Shown in pieces: positions 57,876 to 64,000 of a stretch of DNA of 64,000 nucleotides. The stretch lies in assembly GCA_965267575.1 (NCBI GenBank), contig OZ254086.1:1216001-1280000 (forward strand). The letters are read 5' to 3'. The stretch is from Calditrichales bacterium. Its GTDB lineage: Bacteria; Calditrichota; Calditrichia; Calditrichales; J004. Below the pieces are notes generated by a model. That model had not been told where the DNA came from. It was given only the letters and a program-made list of their open reading frames with translations, and did not search any database. Position numbers and translations under genes: made by a program. How positions within the stretch are numbered: position 1 is the stretch's first letter; each line of letters begins with the position of its first letter.

Positions 57876-57992
57876 AACGGTTCACCTTGTTAATATTTGG
57901 TACTAAACCCGATGACTAAATTCATGGGTTAACTGTGCTTTAATAACCTCACCGGTCAAAAAAAACGGCTCATCGGTTTCCACAGCAAAATT

Positions 57993-59147
57993 CTAGGTGG
58001 CGTCTGCCTCGCCCAGGTTTTTTGTGTTTTCCTCGAGGTTCAGTTCAAAGGCATCACTGTCCTCGCTGATCTCACTGTCTTTGCGGCGCAGCAGGTTCTT
58101 TTCGGAAAGATTTTTTTCGATGATGATATAACCCGTTACCAGCGTGGCATTGATGATGGCGTAACCATAGCCTACGGTCATGTAGCCGGCCAGCATAAGG
58201 AAAATGTAGATGATAACAGCGGAGATTTCCGCAGATGGCCCCAGTGTTAAGGCGACATACTCTTTTTTCAGATAAACCAGTCTCGAACCGGCCTCACCAA
58301 AAATATCACGTACGATTGCATCCAGACCACCGACGGACATCTGCACGTAATAAAGCGCCTGATCCAGAATGGGCGCCAGCGAATGCATCAGCGGCATGAA
58401 CAAAACGGAATAGATTATCAGCCCGATTTTAATTACAAACGCGAATGCGACCGTGCCGGTAATAAAAAGCAGGATGCCCATTAATCCGTAAACACCCAGG
58501 CGCCAGGGCTGGCCCCAGGTGAGATGCATGCACTGCACGGCCGCGCCAAAGCCATCTTCCTCAGAAGAAGCGATAATAGCAGGCGCCAGAAAAAAGGCCA
58601 GGCCGAAGCAGATCGTCATAAACACCAGCACCATGCCGGAAAAAATGTAGGGTAATGTGGCCAACGCGTTGAGGATTTCTCCAAACCAGGGTATGCGGCC
58701 GACCGCGGCCATGAGCAAGGCCCCAACTATGAACGGCGTAATCAAAAAGACAAACGTAATGAAAACGCCAAACAGCGCTCCGGCGCGGCGGAAAGCAAAA
58801 GCGATCGCCTGGCGGCCCGTGTAAAAATAGTTATCACGCAGATACATATAGACCGCGCGGGAAAGAACAGTTGCCGTAAGCAAAAGGCTAAAGGCGCTTA
58901 CAGCAATGCCTGCCCAGCCGATAAGTACACCGGGCAGCGTAAGCTCCATCCCGAAGATAAAGGGCAGCAAGCCCCGGTTTTGCCACACGCTCCCGATTGA
59001 ATGACCGGAAACGATACAGGCCAGATAGGTTGTGCAAAAATAAATAACATGGGTCGCTGCGATACCAAACGTGGCCAGGTACAATCTTTGCGGACTTACT
59101 GCAATCCGTGGGGCTTTGATGATGTCTTTGTAGTTGTAATAGATCAT
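57993..59147 (-). CDS. Multi-pass membrane hypothetical protein
   Basis: Several hydrophobic segments; coupled to the SPOR gene. Confidence 0.75.
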   Translation of the reverse strand: MIYYNYKDIIKAPRIAVSPQRLYLATFGIAATHVIYFCTTYLACIVSGHSIGSVWQNRGLLPFIFGMELTLPGVLIGWAGIAVSAFSLLLTATVLSRAVYMYLRDNYFYTGRQAIAFAFRRAGALFGVFITFVFLITPFIVGALLMAAVGRIPWFGEILNALATLPYIFSGMVLVFMTICFGLAFFLAPAIIASSEEDGFGAAVQCMHLTWGQPWRLGVYGLMGILLFITGTVAFAFVIKIGLIIYSVLFMPLMHSLAPILDQALYYVQMSVGGLDAIVRDIFGEAGSRLVYLKKEYVALTLGPSAEISAVIIYIFLMLAGYMTVGYGYAIINATLVTGYIIIEKNLSEKNLLRRKDSEISEDSDAFELNLEENTKNLGEADAT

Positions 59148-59905
59148 GGTATCCGTTCTACGATCCAGGCGTCGGGGTAACCCGAAGCACGTACGTTATT
59201 AAGCTCAGCCTCCGCCTCTTCGCGGGTGACAAAAGGCCCGACGAAAACTTTGTAAAGCTGCCCGTCCCGTTTATAAAAAGCGTTGCTGGCCGCGACGTTC
59301 TGCCATTGGTTCACAAGCGTTTTGGCTTTCAGCGAATCAGACGATGCCAGGAGCTGTATGCTGAACCGTCCCGCGTTTTGGATGCCGGCTTGCGGCTTTA
59401 CAGATACGCTGTCCGCTTCGATCGGGATATTTATTTTTGTAGCTACGACCCACGCTTTGTCAAATCCTGTTTTACGCATATCCATCACCATCATGTCCGC
59501 TCCGGGGCGGTATGGGAAATCACCTGCCTGCACTTTGTAAAGGGCATCCTGCCGCACGAGATAAACAGAGTCTTCGACACTTGCCGCCACCTGGCTTTTT
59601 ATAGCCGCCGCATTCAGCGAATCGATGCCGGCAAAAACCTGTACGCGAAATCCGTCGATCTGCTTGTGGGTCGGTGCGGGTGGCGGAGGCGGCGGGAGAA
59701 CGGTCACGGTCAGGCGTACATCCTGTCCATAACCGGCCTTGAGGCTGTCCAGAAACGGATCGTTTACCGGCTTGGGCTGATAATACAAAACGCTGTCTGC
59801 AGCGGTTGAAGCTTCCATACGCCCGCGGCGCACCCCTTGTGGCGGTTGACATGCCGCAAGCAATAATACAATCGCCAAAAACAATAATATAAGTTTAGTG
59901 CGCAT
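59144..59905 (-). CDS. SPOR domain lipoprotein (two SPOR repeats)
   Basis: LAAC lipobox; GFRVQV, YKVQAG.F, YKVFVGPF, GYPDAWIV. Confidence 0.88.
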   Translation of the reverse strand: MRTKLILLFLAIVLLLAACQPPQGVRRGRMEASTAADSVLYYQPKPVNDPFLDSLKAGYGQDVRLTVTVLPPPPPPAPTHKQIDGFRVQVFAGIDSLNAAAIKSQVAASVEDSVYLVRQDALYKVQAGDFPYRPGADMMVMDMRKTGFDKAWVVATKINIPIEADSVSVKPQAGIQNAGRFSIQLLASSDSLKAKTLVNQWQNVAASNAFYKRDGQLYKVFVGPFVTREEAEAELNNVRASGYPDAWIVERIP

Positions 59906-61143
59906 TAATAAAGCCTCCGCAAGCGCGTGCCCGGAAAATAGCTCTCCAGAATGTGGTAAAATAACAGGCCTTTTTCCGCCTTGTCCACCGCGCCCCATTG
60001 CGACATACCGACGCCATGGCCGTTGCCGCCGCCATGAATTACCAGGCCCGTATCACTGGCGCTAAGATAAAACAGCGTGCTGGGCAAGAGGCGCCCCGCC
60101 GGCCAGCCAAAGTAGCGACGGATCTCGTAATTCTGCAGGTCAAAGCTGTCATCACCGTATGTAACGTTCATTTTTTTAACACGATTGGACGCAGAGCGCT
60201 CCAACACTTTAAAGGCGTAGGGCAGGCGCAGCGTATCTGAGACAGCCTGCGGCTTTTGGCCCTTACCGCGGAAAGCCTTGTATAACGAATCGAGTTGCGC
60301 CAATGTGCGCGTTTGCTTCCAGCGGAACCAGGGCTTGTCCGATCCTGCCAGGCGATCACCGATAACGTCCTGGCGGGCCATCATGTATGTGAGATTGGCT
60401 CCCGGCCACAAAACAGAGTCCTCTTCCAGCATGCCGCCGCTGTGTGAGTGATAGTAAACCCGGGCAAGCTCGTCGTTGTAAACCAGCACACGGCCACGGG
60501 TTTTATCAACGGCCTGGTTGCTCCATTCCGTACGTCCGGTCAGCGAGCCGTAGGCCTGGTCGCGCACATCGGCATGCATGTGGTAAATTTCGTTTCCACG
60601 CTGCGCGATGCGGTTTAGGGCGTAGGTACGGGCGCAAACGGCCTGCGCTTTTATGGCTTCCAGGTAAACTTGTTTTGCTGAAGGAATTTCCGCCGGAACG
60701 ACGCTCTTCAGGTAATCTTCCAGATCGATGACATTTACAAGCAGAAGGCTGTTGTCATCGGCGCGCTGAATAAAGATCTCTCCATTGTAGCGTTTTGTAT
60801 CGAACGCAAACCAGGCACCTTCTTCACGGGGAACAAAACGCACGACATCCGCCGGGCGAAAAAGGAACAGCCGCTGCTCATTAAAAAGCTTGTAGCCATC
60901 GGGCAGCGGTTCAATAATTATACGATTGTTGTTACGCCCGAATTCGTAATTGGCCTCTTCACTATTCAGATCGAAGGTTTGGTGGAAGTAGAGCGTGTCC
61001 GGCGCTGATATCTTTTTCAAGAGCACTTTTACCGTGGGTGCCGGTTCGCGTGCTTCGCGGATCTGATCGCGCGGGACACAGGCAAAAAGCAGCAATATCA
61101 GCAGAAAAGCCGGGTAGCGCTTAATAAAATTTAATGGATTCAT
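59905..61143 (-). CDS. SpoIID/LytB domain lipoprotein
   Basis: LEDYLKSVVPAE, KAQAVCARTYA, GNGHGVGMSQWGA. Confidence 0.92.
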   Translation of the reverse strand: MNPLNFIKRYPAFLLILLLFACVPRDQIREAREPAPTVKVLLKKISAPDTLYFHQTFDLNSEEANYEFGRNNNRIIIEPLPDGYKLFNEQRLFLFRPADVVRFVPREEGAWFAFDTKRYNGEIFIQRADDNSLLLVNVIDLEDYLKSVVPAEIPSAKQVYLEAIKAQAVCARTYALNRIAQRGNEIYHMHADVRDQAYGSLTGRTEWSNQAVDKTRGRVLVYNDELARVYYHSHSGGMLEEDSVLWPGANLTYMMARQDVIGDRLAGSDKPWFRWKQTRTLAQLDSLYKAFRGKGQKPQAVSDTLRLPYAFKVLERSASNRVKKMNVTYGDDSFDLQNYEIRRYFGWPAGRLLPSTLFYLSASDTGLVIHGGGNGHGVGMSQWGAVDKAEKGLLFYHILESYFPGTRLRRLY

Positions 61144-61165
61144 CTAATAGTGGTGCTTCTTTTTG

Positions 61166-61801
61166 CTAAAAACCAAAATTATAGATGCGCAGGCCGACGC
61201 GGAATCCAAGGCCGGACATGCGAATCTCCGACCGGACGGGCAGGCCCAATTCAGTTTCCCCCTGGTCACGCGATGGCGTGCTATGATGGTAAACCAGCTC
61301 GCCAAAAAAATCGGAAGCGCGCGAGATGGGCATGCTGACCCCAGCGCTTATATGCCAGGCAAAGCCACTGAAGAATTTGGTCTTGTCGATATTTTCTTCA
61401 TACTTGGTGACGCTGTTCCATAACAGCTCGTAGCCGACACCGCCCGTTACCTTCAAATCCAGGGCCGGTGAAACAGGCCCGACATAATTTAAATTAAAAA
61501 ACAACGGGATCGCCGTCATGCTTTGATCAACTTCGCGGGCGACCACTGTTATATCGCCTTGTCCCTGATCTTCCACGCGGATCTTGGTATCCTTGGTGTA
61601 ACTGCTATGATAAAAATCCATACCAAAGCTAATACCGACATTTTCGTCGACCATGCGTCCCAGGTTTATCCCGCCAAAAAAGCCGCCTTTAGCATCTTCC
61701 GGCCCAAGATAGCCGGCCTTAAATTCTGTCATTCTGTTATCTGCCATTATAAAGCCGGCAAAAATTAACAACGTCCAAATCGCTCTGTGTACTGTTTTCA
61801 T
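61166..61801 (-). CDS. Outer membrane beta-barrel protein
   Basis: Signal peptide, alternating beta-strand pattern, C-terminal Phe. Confidence 0.72.
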   Translation of the reverse strand: MKTVHRAIWTLLIFAGFIMADNRMTEFKAGYLGPEDAKGGFFGGINLGRMVDENVGISFGMDFYHSSYTKDTKIRVEDQGQGDITVVAREVDQSMTAIPLFFNLNYVGPVSPALDLKVTGGVGYELLWNSVTKYEENIDKTKFFSGFAWHISAGVSMPISRASDFFGELVYHHSTPSRDQGETELGLPVRSEIRMSGLGFRVGLRIYNFGF

Positions 61802-61824
61802 AGAATCACCCCACTTGTTCCGGA

Positions 61825-62721
61825 CTAGTTTTCCAATCTGTCTTCCAGGAAACTGGCCTTGAGCCACTTTTCAAAGTTGCCCTCGATAACACAATCGTGG
61901 CAGGCCCTGGTGTATTTTAAAAGTATTTTTGTGTCACGTGATAAAACCGTGTTGTATTTAAGTCCCTTTAACGAAAGCAGCTTGGCAAACTCCTTATGCT
62001 CTTCGGCGAGGTGGTCCGTATAAATGCTGCGCAGCTTGTTTTCGTAGTCCTGTTCCAGCCAGGGAATCAGTCTGTCCGTTAAATCATAAAAAGCGTCAAA
62101 CAGAAAAACTTCCTTAATTTTATTGCCAACACCGCCGTTTACCAGCCCAAGTATGGCCGGCCTGTAGCCCCCACTGTGCGCACTGATGATCACATTGCCC
62201 AACTCTTTGGCAGCGATTCTGTTTTCCGCTTTTAAAAGATCCAGCGTCTCCATGATAAACATACGCAGACCGTTTTTTTCCTCCATCTTACCGCCGGCCG
62301 AATCCATGGCGTTCTTAGGCCCCTGGGCAAAGATAAGAATGGCGTTCTTGTTGGAGCGCACCAGCTGCGGCGGCATGTCGAAATCGTGCATAACGTTTAT
62401 AACCTCATTGCCCCAACCATGAAAATGGACGATAACATCGTTTTGGCCGCCATAGGAAAAATAGTTGTCGGGGATAAAAACGATGGCCGAGCTATCGCTG
62501 TAATTAACGGAATAGGTAAAGACCATATTTTTATAGGTATGGCCGCTTTTCCGCGATGCGTGGGGAAAGGGACTACTCTGCAGATAAACACGTGCCCACG
62601 AGCCGCCTTCCGAATTGTGCCACACCACACTGGACTTTTGCTGCTGCCTGGTATCATCCGCGCCAACGGCCATAACAACTGCCGTAAAGCAAATAAAAGA
62701 TACCAGGATGGGGAAACGCAT
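61825..62721 (-). CDS. Exported alpha/beta-hydrolase-fold protein
   Basis: VHFHGW, AHSGGY nucleophile elbow, LFDAFY. Confidence 0.75.
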   Translation of the reverse strand: MRFPILVSFICFTAVVMAVGADDTRQQQKSSVVWHNSEGGSWARVYLQSSPFPHASRKSGHTYKNMVFTYSVNYSDSSAIVFIPDNYFSYGGQNDVIVHFHGWGNEVINVMHDFDMPPQLVRSNKNAILIFAQGPKNAMDSAGGKMEEKNGLRMFIMETLDLLKAENRIAAKELGNVIISAHSGGYRPAILGLVNGGVGNKIKEVFLFDAFYDLTDRLIPWLEQDYENKLRSIYTDHLAEEHKEFAKLLSLKGLKYNTVLSRDTKILLKYTRACHDCVIEGNFEKWLKASFLEDRLEN

Positions 62722-62888
62722 AGAAACTCCGCAGAATGTCATAATTATAGCTGAAAATACGTTTGCAAACGGATTCAAGTCAAATATCACAGTTCATATT
62801 TTGGCCACCTGATTCAAATTTTTAAGCATCCTGAAATATTAGCGATTATCAATATTAAACACGGATGTTTTAAACAAAGGATCAGGCT

Positions 62889-63632
62889 ATGACACGTCAG
62901 AACATCAGACGCTCCATTCAGGAGATTTATGACCAGTTTTGTCAGCGCAGCCCGGCTTTGGAGTTCACGCTGGAATCAATCTATCTCATTTTTGATATAG
63001 GAAATGAGGTGTTTCTGAAAAACAGCGATGAAGAATACGAAAAGCTTGCTCAGCACCCGACTTCAAACGCACCGGACATCATGGATGATGAACCGTTCAG
63101 CTTTGACCGGACCATGGCAATTTACCAGGATTTGCAGCCACTCTACACGGAAGTAAACCCGCAGCTTATCCAACGCGTTTTTGAAGTGAACAGCCGGTTT
63201 GCCTGGAGCGAGTACAAGCAAAAATACCGCTCCTATATACTTGAAATCTACGATGAGCAGAAAAACGATGAGTATATCTGCTACCTAGCCGCTGTACTCC
63301 ATTACGACGGGCACGAATTCGAAAAAGCCATCGCATGTCTGAACCGCGCCTACGCCCAGAACAATTCCTGCAGCATGATATGTCACTTAAGGGGGTTATG
63401 CTATCTGCAACTGGGACAAATGGAAGAAGCGCGAAGCGATCTTTATCAGGGATTGTTCCTTATTGAATTACTTCAGGATGTACCGCCAAGAATGCAAGGC
63501 GAGGATGAGATCTATCCTAATTATCCGCTGGAATATCACACCTCTGCAGATGTCATCCGCAGCGATATTCAAAAGCTGGATCAGGTTGAGGACTTCTATC
63601 AGGCATCCGTAGTACCGCTTTTAGGTGCTTGA
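62889..63632 (+). CDS. TPR-containing hypothetical protein
   Basis: A...LNRA / HLRGLCYLQLGQMEEA TPR pattern. Confidence 0.7.
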   Translation: MTRQNIRRSIQEIYDQFCQRSPALEFTLESIYLIFDIGNEVFLKNSDEEYEKLAQHPTSNAPDIMDDEPFSFDRTMAIYQDLQPLYTEVNPQLIQRVFEVNSRFAWSEYKQKYRSYILEIYDEQKNDEYICYLAAVLHYDGHEFEKAIACLNRAYAQNNSCSMICHLRGLCYLQLGQMEEARSDLYQGLFLIELLQDVPPRMQGEDEIYPNYPLEYHTSADVIRSDIQKLDQVEDFYQASVVPLLGA

Positions 63633-63998
63633 TTTTTCCAGCAATTCGAGACCGCTAGAAATAATGCTGTCCAGTTCATCGGACGTCTGCTTTACTTTAT
63701 CCAGATGCGACATAAGCTCCGCTTGCAATGCGTCGCTGCTGTCCATTTCCCGGGCCAGTTCATAGATCTCCAGCGGCAGCAACCACTCTCCTTTATAGTT
63801 ATCCCGCACCATATTAAAGATCTCGCTGAGCTTTGGCAGTTCCGCGGTTTTTTGCCGGCGCATGTCGCGCACCTCTTTATAGAGCAGATGCAGGCTTTTC
63901 TCTTTGTCGCTGTACTTTATAGGAATGGCTTTCCGTTTTGACTTTTCAGGAAATACATTGTGTTTCAGTTTGTCTGCCGTTCCCGCAAAAACGGACGG
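63621..63998 (-). CDS. 3' end of a long-type aromatic amino acid (phenylalanine) hydroxylase; partial at window edge
   Basis: Frame open to the edge: SVFAGTAD...LYKEVRDMR...EWLLPLEIYE...IISSGLEL, resembling the C-terminal domain of long PhhA proteins. Confidence 0.65.
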   Translation of the reverse strand, partial: PSVFAGTADKLKHNVFPEKSKRKAIPIKYSDKEKSLHLLYKEVRDMRRQKTAELPKLSEIFNMVRDNYKGEWLLPLEIYELAREMDSSDALQAELMSHLDKVKQTSDELDSIISSGLELLEKSST

Positions 63999-64000
63999 GA

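Noticed and set aside
1-64000. tRNA, rRNA, prophage or intact IS transposase
   Set aside because: No cloverleaf or rRNA-like sequence and no phage structural or transposase ORF recognised

Overview
Bacterial chromosomal segment of moderate GC, with several sharply AT-rich accessory patches. A T9SS/FlgD-type C-terminal sorting domain, TonB/ExbBD genes and Bacteroidota-like families suggest an FCB-group organism, possibly Calditrichota; this is inference only. Most of the window is housekeeping: tonB-like/exbB/exbD/hom/FAH, holB, lhgO, TRAP and ABC transporters, fadE, POT/MATE/DMT/MFS transporters, sfsA, lpdA, a thiolase-fadJ-ACAD-etfBA beta-oxidation operon, SpoIID/SPOR and the 3' end of an aromatic amino acid hydroxylase. 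The unusual part is 6.5-20.7 kb, which holds three things. (1) A non-canonical SOS mutagenesis locus: lexA, a LexA-CTD/UmuD-like protein lacking the catalytic Ser, catalytic Lys and Ala-Gly cleavage site, an inserted AbrB-VapC toxin-antitoxin pair, a small ImuB-C/DUF6504-like protein, and a Y-family polymerase with a UmuC-like tail. Both promoters carry a candidate LexA box, GTGTAC-N4-GTACAC. (2) Two outward-facing integron gene-cassette arrays (8371-10201 minus; 18644-20678 plus) with no integrase in the window. They share attC families and are preceded by homologous leader modules in the same order, forming an inverted-repeat frame around the TRAP/ABC/SOS block. (3) Many dispersed palindromic and short tandem repeat families (dRS3-like, REP-like) in intergenic gaps, often at the edges of accessory DNA. 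No rRNA, tRNA or CRISPR array was seen.
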